Shown here piece after piece: positions 48,313 to 58,342 of a stretch of 64,000 bases of DNA; position 1 is the stretch's first letter, and every line of letters begins with the position of its first letter. The notes under the pieces are model-generated. The model searched no databases and had not been told where the DNA came from. It was given only the letters and a program-made list of their open reading frames with translations. Source of the stretch: Clostridia bacterium (GTDB lineage Bacteria; Bacillota; Clostridia; Oscillospirales; CAG-272); the NCBI GenBank assembly GCA_017472695.1, contig JAFUOQ010000003.1, positions 40,804-104,803 of the forward strand, read 5' to 3'. Made by a program: the position numbers and the translations under genes.

Positions 48313-49971
48313 ATGAAGAAAAAAATCGTTTTATTTTTAGCCGTTATTAGTATTTTGACTTGTTTCTTTGCAATTTCTGCTGGTGCAGCTGTTTTGGATT
48401 CTTACGAAGAAAAAGCAATTCTCACATACGACGAAAGCGAGCTTGTAGTTTTTGACGATGGTGCTTCTTACCCATCTTACTACATTTTTGCAGATTCCGA
48501 GTCCTTCACAACCAATTATGAATGGTTGAACGAGAAAACTGGAAAAAGCTATTCTGATGCGAATGTTGTTGAGCTTTATGTTCCAACAGGCATTACAACT
48601 GGTGGATATTTTAAAAAGGACTCATCCTTTACTAAGCTTTTAAAGCTTAACACCGGTAAAACATTGCAAAATACCAATGGCGACTTTTGGTACAACCAAA
48701 CTCTTACCCATGTTACCTTTGGAGAAGGATTTACAAACGCGGGGCTATCCAAGTATTTCTTCAATGGTACAAAGGTAGAATATGTTATTTTTGATGACAA
48801 CTCCGGCGTTTCCACCTTGCCTACTCAATTTTTTGCTAGTCACTCTACATTAAAGGGTATATATTTTGGAAAGTCCATAACAAACATCGGCTCAGGAACA
48901 TTCCAAAGCATGAGCGCTTCAAACGTATTTTTGATGGACACTCCAACCTCAACCGAGCCTTCCGAGGTTTACTACTTCAAATCAGATTTACTTGAAGCGA
49001 ACTTCTATGGATTTAGAACAAATGCGACAACTACTACTTGGGTTTTCCCTAGTGCAGTAAATAGCCTTGCCAACATAAACATAGACTCAACAGCAAACAT
49101 GCCAAAAAATTTTGTTTTCTTAACAAATGTTGCATCAAGCGTTTCTTTAAGCGATGCTATTGGTAGTACAAAGCTAAACAACACAAATATTTATTTCCCT
49201 AACATTAATTCAGACAGTACCTCAAGCATGAGTGTTGCTCCAAAAACCACGTATTTCTTTGGAGATGGCAAAAAGGCTTCATTTAATGGTGGTTGGCAAG
49301 CATCTGTTGATATGGCAGAGTCAGACCACATTCACGACTTAGCAAGTGATGAGCATTTCGAGCCAACATGTGATAAAAACGGAGAGACAAACACATATTG
49401 CTTCTGTGGCAATCTCATTTCCTCTGTTGTCGTTTCAGCAAAGGGACACGACTACACCTTAAAGGAAAACGGTGTAGCACCTTCACGTTATTCTTATATA
49501 TATGAAAATAACAACTATTTTTCAAACGCAACTGAGCAATTTAAGTGCCTAGATTGCGATAGCCTATATTTAGGAGAAAAAATAGAAAACACCAACCTGT
49601 TTGATTCTCTTGGTTATTCTGCTCCTTTGGAAGGCGCTGTTGATAGCCTTTCATACTCTATAAAAGTTAACCACTCCAATATAGAAAAATACCAAAAGGA
49701 TTTTGATATCACTCTAAGATATGGCACTGTTGCGGCAGTTGGAAGCGCCCTTGGCTCTCCAATTTCAATTGTAAATGGAGAGATATCTACAATGTCGCAA
49801 TCAATAGCTTGTGAAATGACCGAAACTCCTTATGTTTCTATAACAATAAAGATTATGAATTTACCAAAAGCGACAAGCGTTAACTGTTGTGCATTTGCGA
49901 TTGTAAATGACAAGGTTACTTACTTGGGCGATGGCAGCGTAGGCAACACGGCTGAGGAAAAACAAATATAA
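48313..49971 (+). CDS. Secreted protein with degenerate BspA-like LRRs and a Cys/His-rich repeat
   Basis: Signal peptide; ITNIGSGTF; PTCDKNGE...CFCG...AKGHDY. Confidence 0.7.
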   Translation: MKKKIVLFLAVISILTCFFAISAGAAVLDSYEEKAILTYDESELVVFDDGASYPSYYIFADSESFTTNYEWLNEKTGKSYSDANVVELYVPTGITTGGYFKKDSSFTKLLKLNTGKTLQNTNGDFWYNQTLTHVTFGEGFTNAGLSKYFFNGTKVEYVIFDDNSGVSTLPTQFFASHSTLKGIYFGKSITNIGSGTFQSMSASNVFLMDTPTSTEPSEVYYFKSDLLEANFYGFRTNATTTTWVFPSAVNSLANINIDSTANMPKNFVFLTNVASSVSLSDAIGSTKLNNTNIYFPNINSDSTSSMSVAPKTTYFFGDGKKASFNGGWQASVDMAESDHIHDLASDEHFEPTCDKNGETNTYCFCGNLISSVVVSAKGHDYTLKENGVAPSRYSYIYENNNYFSNATEQFKCLDCDSLYLGEKIENTNLFDSLGYSAPLEGAVDSLSYSIKVNHSNIEKYQKDFDITLRYGTVAAVGSALGSPISIVNGEISTMSQSIACEMTETPYVSITIKIMNLPKATSVNCCAFAIVNDKVTYLGDGSVGNTAEEKQI

Positions 49972-50079
49972 TTAAAATGGACACATTTCTGTGTCCATTT
50001 TTCTTTTATGCCTTTCACTCTATTGCTTTTTTTGTTTCAAAATGATATAATTATAATACACCATTTAAGGAGAATTAAA

Positions 50080-50772
50080 ATGAACTTTTCAGGATTTCAA
50101 AAGTTAACATTACTTGACTATCCAGGCAAGGTTGCGTGCACGCTTTTTACCTCTGGCTGTAATTTACGTTGTCCTTTTTGCCATAATGCAAGCTTGGTTA
50201 CTCATATAGATAACTCTAATATATATAAAAAGGAAGAAATTCTTTCGTATCTCAAAAAGCGTACAGGAATTTTAGAGGGGGTTTGTATCACAGGTGGTGA
50301 GCCGCTTTTACAGCCTGAAATTGAGGATTTTATAAGTGAAGTAAAATCACTCGGTTACAGCGTAAAGCTTGATACTAATGGCTTTTTCCCTGACAAATTA
50401 ATAAAATTGGTCGAAGGTGGACTTATAGATTATGTTGCGGTGGACTTCAAAAACTCTTATGAAAAGTATCCAGTGACCACCGGAATTGAAAATTTAGATA
50501 TCTCCCCTTTTAAGAAAACCGTTGAATTTTTACTTTCAGACAAGGTTGATTTTGAGTTCAGAACAACTGTAGTCGAAGGGATACACGAAACACAAGATAT
50601 TGTGGAGATAGCTAAAACCATACAAGGGGCGCCGAGGTACTTTTTGCAGAGCTTTGTTGACTCAGGTGATTTAATTTCGAACGGGCTTTGTGCAATTTCA
50701 CCCGAAAATATGAAAAAAATGGCTCTTTTGGCGAGCACTTTTGTAACAAATACCAAAATTCGCGGAATTTGA
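50080..50772 (+). CDS. nrdG: Anaerobic RNR activating radical-SAM protein
   Basis: GCNLRCPFCHN, ITGGEP; ATG at 50080 with AAGGAG RBS. Confidence 0.92.
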   Translation: MNFSGFQKLTLLDYPGKVACTLFTSGCNLRCPFCHNASLVTHIDNSNIYKKEEILSYLKKRTGILEGVCITGGEPLLQPEIEDFISEVKSLGYSVKLDTNGFFPDKLIKLVEGGLIDYVAVDFKNSYEKYPVTTGIENLDISPFKKTVEFLLSDKVDFEFRTTVVEGIHETQDIVEIAKTIQGAPRYFLQSFVDSGDLISNGLCAISPENMKKMALLASTFVTNTKIRGI

Positions 50773-50777
50773 TAAAA

Positions 50778-50831
50778 ACACAAGATATTGTTAAAAATCC
50801 TATTGACATAACACAAGATATGTGATATAAT
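50778..50831 (+). promoter_or_regulatory. nrdD promoter with tandem NrdR-box-like sites
   Basis: ACACAAGATATTGTTA (50778) and ACACAAGATATGTGAT (50811); TTGACA(50803)-17-TATAAT(50826). Confidence 0.8.
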
Positions 50832-51024
50832 TGATTTCAACACCGTAAAAAATTATGTCACATTTTGTCTTTTGTGGGCTAAAATACCTGTAATACAAGG
50901 CTTTTGAGACATTTTAAAAAATCTTGGTGTTTTTTTGCACCAATCTAGGCAATAGTAATTTGGGCAAAATCAATATATAGTTTTAGCAAAAAATAAAAAT
51001 ACGAGAAAAAGAAGGAGAAAAATT

Positions 51025-53394
51025 ATGTACAATGTAGTTAAGCGTGACGGCAAAATAGTTGATTTTAACATTAAGAAAATCAGCGAAGCTATTATTCAAG
51101 CATTTGACGCATGTCAAAAGCAATTTAATCAAGATGTTATCGATTTCTTGGCTTTAAAGGTTACTGCCGAGTTCGAACCAAAAATAGAAAATGGAAAAAT
51201 CTCTGTTGAGAACATTCAGGACTCTGTTGAGTCTGTTCTTATCAAGGCTGGTTACGACGATGTTGCAAAGGCATACATCATCTACCGTCGTCAAAGAGAA
51301 AAAATCCGTAACATTAATGCTACAATGGTTGACTATAAGGCAATCATTGACAACTATCTAAACATCAACGACTGGAGAGTTAAGGAGAACTCAACTGTTA
51401 CCTACTCTGTTGGTGGTCTTATCCTTTCAAACTCCGGTGCAGTTACTGCTAACTACTGGCTATCCGAGATTTACGATGACGAAATCGGAAATGCTCACCG
51501 TAATGCAGACATTCACATTCACGACCTTTCAATGCTCACAGGCTACTGTGCCGGTTGGTCACTAAAGCAACTTATTCAAGAAGGTCTTGGCGGTGTTACT
51601 GGTAAGATTACATCAGCTCCTGCATCACACCTTTCTACTCTTTGCAACCAAATGGTTAACTTCCTTGGTATCATGCAAAACGAGTGGGCTGGCGCTCAAG
51701 CGTTCTCCTCATTTGACACATACCTTGCTCCTTTCGTAAAGGTTGATAACCTTTCATATAAAGAGGTTAAGCAATGCATCCAATCCTTCGTTTACGGTGT
51801 TAACACACCTTCTCGTTGGGGTACACAAGCTCCATTCTCCAACATCACTCTTGACTGGACAGTTCCAGCTGACTTGGCTGAGCTAAACTGTATCATAGGT
51901 GGTAAAGAGGTTGACTTCAAGTACAAGGATTGTAAGAAGGAAATGGACATGGTCAACAAGGCATTCATCGAGATTATGATCGAGGGTGACGCAAACGGCC
52001 GTGGCTTCCAATACCCAATCCCAACATACTCAATCACAAGAGATTTTGACTGGTCAGAAACAGAAAACAACAAGCTTCTATTTGAAATGACCGCTAAATA
52101 TGGTACACCTTACTTCTCCAACTACATCAACAGTGATATGGAGCCAAGTGACGTTCGTTCAATGTGCTGTCGTCTCCGTCTTGACCTCCGTGAGCTCCGT
52201 AAAAAATCCGGTGGCTTCTTTGGTAGTGGTGAGTCAACAGGTTCAGTTGGTGTTGTTACAATCAACATGCCAAGAATTGCTTACCTTGCAACAGACGAAG
52301 AGGATTTCTATGCTCGTCTTGACAGACTCATGGACATCTCTGCTCGTTCACTAAAGGTTAAGAGAACAGTTATTACAAGACTTCTTGAAAATGGTCTTTA
52401 CCCATACACAAAGAGATACCTCGGCACATTTGCTAACCACTTCTCCACTATCGGTCTTGTTGGTATGAATGAGGCTTGTCTCAATGCTAAATGGATTAGA
52501 GAAAACCTAACACAAGAAAAGGCTCAAGAGTTTACTAAAGAGGTTCTCAACCACATGAGAGAAAAGCTCTCCGACTATCAAGAGAAGTACGGCGACCTTT
52601 ACAACCTCGAGGCTACTCCTGCTGAATCAACATCATTCCGTCTTGCTAAGCACGACAAGAAGCACTTCCCTGACATCATTACAGCTGCAAAGACAGAGGA
52701 CGATACTCCTTACTACACTAACTCCTCACACTTGCCTGTTGGATATACAGAAGATATCTTCACTGCTCTTGATATTCAAGACGAGCTACAAACGCTTTAT
52801 ACATCAGGTACTGTATTCCATGCATTCCTTGGTGAAAAGCTTCCTGATTGGAAGGCTGCTGCCAACCTTGTAAGAAAGATTGCAGAAAACTACAAGCTTC
52901 CATACTACACAATGTCACCAACATACTCTGTATGTAAGAACCATGGTTACATCGCTGGCGAGCACTATTCTTGCCCAGAATGTAAGTCAAGAACAGAGGT
53001 TTATAGCCGTATTACTGGTTACTACCGTCCTGTTCAAAACTGGAACGATGGTAAGGCTCAAGAGTACAAGGACAGACTTGTTTACAACATCGAAACATCA
53101 AAATTAAACAAGGCTGAAAAGGTTGAAGCAAAGGTAGAAGAGGCTTGCGAATGCCAAGCTAATGCAAACGACGGCATTTATCTCTTTACAACAGCTACAT
53201 GTCCTAACTGTAAGATCGCTTGCTCATTCCTTGATAAAGCAGGCGTTAAGTACGATAAGCTTCTAGCTAACGAAAACAAGGAGCTTGTTGAGGAGCTAGG
53301 AATTAAGGCTGCTCCAACACTTGTTGTAATTGAAGGTGGAAATGTTGCAAAATATGCAGGCGTTTCTGAAATTAAAAAGTATCTTGGCGCATAA
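51025..53394 (+). CDS. nrdD: Class III ribonucleotide reductase with ATP cone and C-terminal glutaredoxin-like domain
   Basis: VVKRDG ATP cone; SMCCRL; EATPAE; glycyl radical YSRITGYY; C-terminal TATCPNCK...APTL. Confidence 0.95.
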   Translation: MYNVVKRDGKIVDFNIKKISEAIIQAFDACQKQFNQDVIDFLALKVTAEFEPKIENGKISVENIQDSVESVLIKAGYDDVAKAYIIYRRQREKIRNINATMVDYKAIIDNYLNINDWRVKENSTVTYSVGGLILSNSGAVTANYWLSEIYDDEIGNAHRNADIHIHDLSMLTGYCAGWSLKQLIQEGLGGVTGKITSAPASHLSTLCNQMVNFLGIMQNEWAGAQAFSSFDTYLAPFVKVDNLSYKEVKQCIQSFVYGVNTPSRWGTQAPFSNITLDWTVPADLAELNCIIGGKEVDFKYKDCKKEMDMVNKAFIEIMIEGDANGRGFQYPIPTYSITRDFDWSETENNKLLFEMTAKYGTPYFSNYINSDMEPSDVRSMCCRLRLDLRELRKKSGGFFGSGESTGSVGVVTINMPRIAYLATDEEDFYARLDRLMDISARSLKVKRTVITRLLENGLYPYTKRYLGTFANHFSTIGLVGMNEACLNAKWIRENLTQEKAQEFTKEVLNHMREKLSDYQEKYGDLYNLEATPAESTSFRLAKHDKKHFPDIITAAKTEDDTPYYTNSSHLPVGYTEDIFTALDIQDELQTLYTSGTVFHAFLGEKLPDWKAAANLVRKIAENYKLPYYTMSPTYSVCKNHGYIAGEHYSCPECKSRTEVYSRITGYYRPVQNWNDGKAQEYKDRLVYNIETSKLNKAEKVEAKVEEACECQANANDGIYLFTTATCPNCKIACSFLDKAGVKYDKLLANENKELVEELGIKAAPTLVVIEGGNVAKYAGVSEIKKYLGA

Positions 53395-53473
53395 TAATTA
53401 AAAAGTTAATAGGGTGTTGGCATTAGCAAACACCCTATTTTATCCTAATCTAATAAAAGGAAGGATTTATATT

Positions 53474-54376
53474 ATGATATATGACGTTGTAATTATCGGT
53501 GGTGGACCCGCCGGCTTAACAGCGGCACTGTACGCAAGACGCGCAAACAAAACCGTTTTAGTAATTGAAAAGGCTACCTTTGGTGGACAAATCACCTATT
53601 CTCCAAAGGTTGAAAACATTCCTGGCTTTGTAGCTCTTTCAGGAAATGAATTTGCTGAAAAAATGATTGAACAAGTTATGGAACAAGGCGCTGATATTGA
53701 ATGTGCAGAGGTTTTAGAGGTTATCGACGGCGATATTAAAGCTGTTAAAACTGACTCCGGCGATTTTGAGGGCAAGAGTGTTATTGTAGCAACTGGTGCT
53801 AAACATCGCAGACTTGGTCTTGAACGCGAAGAACAATTCATTGGTGATGGCATTTCCTTCTGTGCAGTTTGTGACGGTGCTTTTTACACAGGCAAAACCG
53901 TTGCTGTTATCGGTGGTGGTAACTCTGCACTTCAAGAGGCACTTATGCTTTCTGACCTTTGCAAAAAGGTTTATGTTGTTCAAAATCTTGACTATTTAAC
54001 AGGCGAAAAGAAGCTTGCCGACCTTTTGAGTCAAAAGGATAATGTTGAGGTTATTCTTGGCACAACAGTTGAGTCTCTTATGGGTGATAGCTCACTTGAT
54101 GGAATAGTTGTTAAAAAGGGCGAGGAAAGAAAAACTCTGCTTATTGATGGTATGTTTGTGGCTATTGGTCTTATTCCTCAAAACGAGATTGTGGCTGATT
54201 TGATAGCACTAAACTCTTATGGCTATGTAGATGCTACAGAGAACTGTTTAACTGACAAAAAAGGCATTTTTGTAGCCGGTGACTGCCGTTCCAAGCGTAT
54301 TCGTCAGGTTGCAACTGCTTGCTCTGATGGTGCAGTGGCGGCGTTGGCAGCTTGTGACTACGTTGACTCATTATAA
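53474..54376 (+). CDS. trxB: Thioredoxin reductase
   Basis: GGGPAG, CAVCDG, GGGNSA, VAGD. Confidence 0.93.
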   Translation: MIYDVVIIGGGPAGLTAALYARRANKTVLVIEKATFGGQITYSPKVENIPGFVALSGNEFAEKMIEQVMEQGADIECAEVLEVIDGDIKAVKTDSGDFEGKSVIVATGAKHRRLGLEREEQFIGDGISFCAVCDGAFYTGKTVAVIGGGNSALQEALMLSDLCKKVYVVQNLDYLTGEKKLADLLSQKDNVEVILGTTVESLMGDSSLDGIVVKKGEERKTLLIDGMFVAIGLIPQNEIVADLIALNSYGYVDATENCLTDKKGIFVAGDCRSKRIRQVATACSDGAVAALAACDYVDSL

Positions 54377-54543
54377 TAAAAAAGCCCATGAGCATAATGG
54401 CTGTTGTCCTTATCGGAGAAATAAAATAAGGGTATGGGCATAGCCCGATGCATTTGTTAAACAAATGCGAAACTGGCAATAAAAGCAGAAGAGAGAGTAA
54501 CACGGTTACAAAATTCCGTGAAACTCTCTCTTCTCTGTTTTTT

Positions 54544-54749
54544 AGTGATATTCTTTGCTCTCGCAAAGAGTGATATTATCGCTAACGCGATAGTGATATT
54601 GAAGCCTTGCGGCTTCAGTGATATTCTATTCGCCTCAAAAACTCGCGAAGCGAATACCACTCGGCGTAAGCCGAATATCACTGCGTAGCAATATCACTCG
54701 CCGCAGGCGAATAGAACTGGCGTGATACTCCGATAAGAGTATCACGCCA
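54544..54749. repeat. Mirror-symmetric array of GTGATAT/ATATCAC heptamers separated by variable hairpins
   Basis: GTGATAT at 54545, 54570, 54593, 54618; ATACCAC 54654, ATATCAC 54675 and 54691, ATAGAAC 54711; terminal 13-bp hairpin. Confidence 0.85.
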
Positions 54750-54888
54750 ATTAGCTCAAGGGTTTTTTTATTTATGGCAAAATATTACTATAAAAATCTT
54801 AAACAAGAATAAACAAAAATGAGTATTTTTTATGATATTATGTTGACTATTGAATAAAAAGGTGGTATAATTTATAAAAAATAATATT

Positions 54889-55001
54889 CGTTGAAGTTGT
54901 CGGGGAAGCTCGGCAATCGAGAAAACTCTGGAGAATCCCGTAAAATCGGGTGCCGAAGGTGCAAGGCATGAGCCGAATCTCTCAGGCAAAAGGATAGAGG
55001 A
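54889..55001 (+). ncRNA. Glycine riboswitch (singlet with a short upstream hairpin)
   Basis: CTCTGGAGA...GCCGAAGGTGCAA...CTCTCAGGCAAAAGGATAGAG; promoter TTGACT(54843)-17-TATAAT(54866); precedes an AGCS transporter. Confidence 0.88.
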
Positions 55002-55083
55002 AATTTAGTATATCTTTTGTATATCTTTATTTTTGGAGTTGCTGTTTTTTAGCAACTCTTTCTTTTTTAGTAAAGGAGCTTTT

Positions 55084-56514
55084 ATGAAAGAATTTTTAGA
55101 TGGTGTTTTAAACGTAGTCAAAACAATTAACGCATATTCCTCCGACTATATTTTGGTAATTTTGCTAATTGCTGTGGGCTTGTATTTCACAATAAGGACA
55201 CGCTTTGTGCAGGTGCGGTGCTTTGGCGAGGGGCTTAAAAAGGTTTTTGGCGGTTTTTCGTTTCACGGCAAGGGACAAAAAAGTGGTATAAGCTCGTTTC
55301 AGGCACTTGCAACTGCTGCTGCGGCTCAGGTTGGCACAGGTAATATTATAGGTGCTAGTGCGGCTATTTTAGTAGGTGGACCGGGTGCTATTTTTTGGAT
55401 GTGGGTAATTGCCTTTTTTGGTATGGCAACTATGTATTCCGAGGCTGTTTTATCACAAAAGACACGTAAGGTTGAAGCTGACGGCACTGTGCTTGGTGGG
55501 CCTGTTTACTATATAAAAACCGCTTTCAAGGGCAAATTTGGCAAAATACTTGCAGGATTTTTTGCAGTCTCGTGTATCCTTGCCCTTGGCTTTATGGGTT
55601 CTATGGTGCAATCAAACTCCATAGGCGAAACAAGCAATAATGCTTTTAAAATTCCTGCATGGGTTATTGGTATTATAGTAGCGGTGCTTTCTGCTGTTAT
55701 TTTCATTGGTGGCATTAAAAGAATCGCATCCGTTACTGAAAAATTAGTTCCATTTATGGCAATTTTGTATATTGTGCTTTGCTTAATTGTTATTTGCGCA
55801 AAAATTACATATTTACCAGAAGCCTTTGGTATGATTTTTAAATATGCGTTTAATCCACAGGCAATTTTGGGTGGTGGTTTTGGCATGGCTCTAAAGGCAG
55901 CAATTAGCCAAGGTGCAAAGCGCGGGCTGTTCTCCAATGAGGCAGGCATGGGCTCAACCCCTCATGCACACGCGCTCGCAAATGTTAAAAGCCCACACGA
56001 CCAAGGCGTTGTTGCTATGATGGGTGTGTTTATTGATACATTCATTGTTTTATCAATTACAGCAACCACAATTATTATTACTCTTTACGCAGGCGGTGGT
56101 ATTCTCGCTGACGGAAGTGAGGTGGATGTTGACAAGAGCAATATGGCACAGCTTGCCTTTGGTACAGTATTCGGTAATACAGCAGGCGGCATACTTGTGG
56201 CTATATGTCTATTCTTTTTCGCCTTCTCTACCATTATCGGCTGGAATCTTTTTGGAAAGGTAAACTTCACATATCTTTTCGGTAAAAGGTCTGCTATCAT
56301 TTATTCGATTCTTTCAATTATATTTATCTTCCTTGGCTCTTGTCTTTCAAACGAGCTGGTCTGGGAATTAACTGACCTATTTAACTATATTATGGTAATC
56401 CCTAACGTAATAGCTATGATAGCACTTACCAAGCTAGTCGTTGATGAGGTAAAAAGTGCAAGGGTAAGAAAAAAGCAAGAAGCAATCAACAAGCTAGAAG
56501 ATGGTAAGAATTAA
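55084..56514 (+). CDS. Alanine/glycine:cation symporter (AlsT/AgcS family)
   Basis: QVGTGNI, GGPGAIFWMW, RGLFSNEAGMGS. Confidence 0.95.
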   Translation: MKEFLDGVLNVVKTINAYSSDYILVILLIAVGLYFTIRTRFVQVRCFGEGLKKVFGGFSFHGKGQKSGISSFQALATAAAAQVGTGNIIGASAAILVGGPGAIFWMWVIAFFGMATMYSEAVLSQKTRKVEADGTVLGGPVYYIKTAFKGKFGKILAGFFAVSCILALGFMGSMVQSNSIGETSNNAFKIPAWVIGIIVAVLSAVIFIGGIKRIASVTEKLVPFMAILYIVLCLIVICAKITYLPEAFGMIFKYAFNPQAILGGGFGMALKAAISQGAKRGLFSNEAGMGSTPHAHALANVKSPHDQGVVAMMGVFIDTFIVLSITATTIIITLYAGGGILADGSEVDVDKSNMAQLAFGTVFGNTAGGILVAICLFFFAFSTIIGWNLFGKVNFTYLFGKRSAIIYSILSIIFIFLGSCLSNELVWELTDLFNYIMVIPNVIAMIALTKLVVDEVKSARVRKKQEAINKLEDGKN

Positions 56515-56639
56515 TTTTGCATTTGGGCGCTCTGCATTTTGCAGGTCGCCTTTTTGCTTTCTTTTTTATTTAAAATCTTTGTTATGATATTGAAAAATTT
56601 AACCACGTGTGTTATAATTAGTAAAAAATTTTATTTGAG

Positions 56640-57176
56640 GTGTTTATGTTACCTAAAAAATTTAAAGCTAATCAAACACGAACTATCGTTGTTGCAAGTA
56701 TTACATTAGTTATAGGAGTTCTATTTTGTTGCTCCCTAAACTTTGGAGATGGGCTTAGCTGGCTTATCGGTGGTTCTCTTTGCTTTGCAGGTGCGCTTTA
56801 CATAATCAATTCAATGGTTAAGTATAGGTCGCTCTTTACCGCAGAGGCTATTATAGGCGTTGGCGCTGTTTCATTTGGAATTATGTTTATGATCGAAAAG
56901 CTTGCGCACATTCTTCTTGCATATGTACCTTACCTTATGATTGCTATTGGAATTGCGGTTATTATAGAAGCATTTTTGTCTAAATTTGCAAGATACAACA
57001 GTATTGTTGAGTTTATAATCACTCTTATTGTAGGTATGGGAATTACAGCGCTTGGCTTTTGCCTTATGTTTATCCCTGGCTGGACAAACATTGCCGCTGT
57101 TGTCTTTGGTTGTATTTTAATTGCAATCTCACTCTACACTCTGATTTCTCTGTTTTTATCCAGAAAAGAAAATTAA
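56640..57176 (+). CDS. Six-TM membrane protein (DUF308/HdeD-like)
   Basis: Hydrophobic helices only; followed by a terminator. Confidence 0.65.
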   Translation: MFMLPKKFKANQTRTIVVASITLVIGVLFCCSLNFGDGLSWLIGGSLCFAGALYIINSMVKYRSLFTAEAIIGVGAVSFGIMFMIEKLAHILLAYVPYLMIAIGIAVIIEAFLSKFARYNSIVEFIITLIVGMGITALGFCLMFIPGWTNIAAVVFGCILIAISLYTLISLFLSRKEN

Positions 57177-57180
57177 AAAT

Positions 57181-57212
57181 AAAAAACGACAAGCTTCGGC
57201 TTGTCGTTTTTT
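57181..57212. terminator. Bidirectional terminator
   Basis: AAAAAACGACAAGC-TTCG-GCTTGTCGTTTTTT. Confidence 0.85.
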
Positions 57213-57364
57213 GGCACACCCTTACAAAACAGATCCGTATAAGTCCATCATACAAAAATAGTCCGTGATTTTTTTATTTTATGGTACACTTATTCCTTGG
57301 CAATGATGGGAGTTGCACTTGACCGCTATCTTCCGGGCTGTCAACACCATGCTTGTAAACGTAT

Positions 57365-58330
57365 CTATGTATTTTTGTTGCGGACTGCATTTGCGATGAT
57401 TGCCGCAACAGCACCCGAAGCAATGATGACCAAAATATCCACCGGTGCAAGTACAATCCCGGGTATTCCTGCGAAAAAGACCCCATCGCCAAAGCGATAA
57501 AGATGTCCGCTAAGTAATATCATTTCGCCAATGTACATAACCAGAGTAACAATAGCCGCAGATATACTCGGTAACCACACGGACAGAAGTGGCTTCTTAT
57601 TCAGCGTAAAGGAAGCAACGTATATGCCAACCGTTACACCGAACAGAACGAAAAATGCGCTCATCAGTATTGCGGAAAGCGCAGAAACCTTAACGTCGCC
57701 GTTTCGATAAAAGGCTGTAAAGCACGCCCAAATGCACATCCCAAGAAAAGCGCTGCTTGCGATCGATTGAATGGTAAGGGACTTGCAGCGGCTCTTATCG
57801 CCCGTATGTATCATCTTTGCAAATCCGTAAAAGCAATTCAAAATGGATATAATGAGGACAATAGAAATTATGTAAAAATGAAGCTTGAACGCAGGGCTGT
57901 ATTCTCCCATCAAAACATCAACTTCTGTCCAAGTTCTTTCTTCAAAGCTGTTTGGCGGAACATAACACATAAACATCTGCCAATCTTCCAATGTGGAGAA
58001 AATACCGGTTACAGTGCGAGTGACAGTTACAGTCCTTTCCAAAATAAATTCAAATACAAAAAATAATACAGTTGAAATTACAGTTCCAAACAGTAATGCG
58101 TATTTCTTAAAGTATTTGAGTGCAACGGGTATCAGAGCAACACCGACCAAGAGAGCAAGTGCGATCGGTGTGTACGGAATGATATACTTGGGATAGTTTT
58201 CGGCATATACCGTACCGTACCGAATCATATCAACAATGACGGTTATTCCCATATAAATGGGATAACAAGATGCGAGTAATACGCCGAGGAGTGATAGCAG
58301 GTAATAGTTTTTGAACTTTTTGTTTTCCAT
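57365..58330 (-). CDS. Multi-TM hypothetical membrane protein in the blaI/M56 operon
   Basis: About 8 TM helices; AAGGAG RBS. Confidence 0.8.
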   Translation of the reverse strand: MENKKFKNYYLLSLLGVLLASCYPIYMGITVIVDMIRYGTVYAENYPKYIIPYTPIALALLVGVALIPVALKYFKKYALLFGTVISTVLFFVFEFILERTVTVTRTVTGIFSTLEDWQMFMCYVPPNSFEERTWTEVDVLMGEYSPAFKLHFYIISIVLIISILNCFYGFAKMIHTGDKSRCKSLTIQSIASSAFLGMCIWACFTAFYRNGDVKVSALSAILMSAFFVLFGVTVGIYVASFTLNKKPLLSVWLPSISAAIVTLVMYIGEMILLSGHLYRFGDGVFFAGIPGIVLAPVDILVIIASGAVAAIIANAVRNKNT

Positions 58331-58342
58331 AATGTACTCCTT

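Noticed and set aside
54544-54749. Mini-CRISPR, or the 74-aa ORF 54457..54681
   Set aside because: The constant part is only 7-9 bp, the spacers are self-complementary and the array inverts midway; the ORF has no RBS or recognisable content
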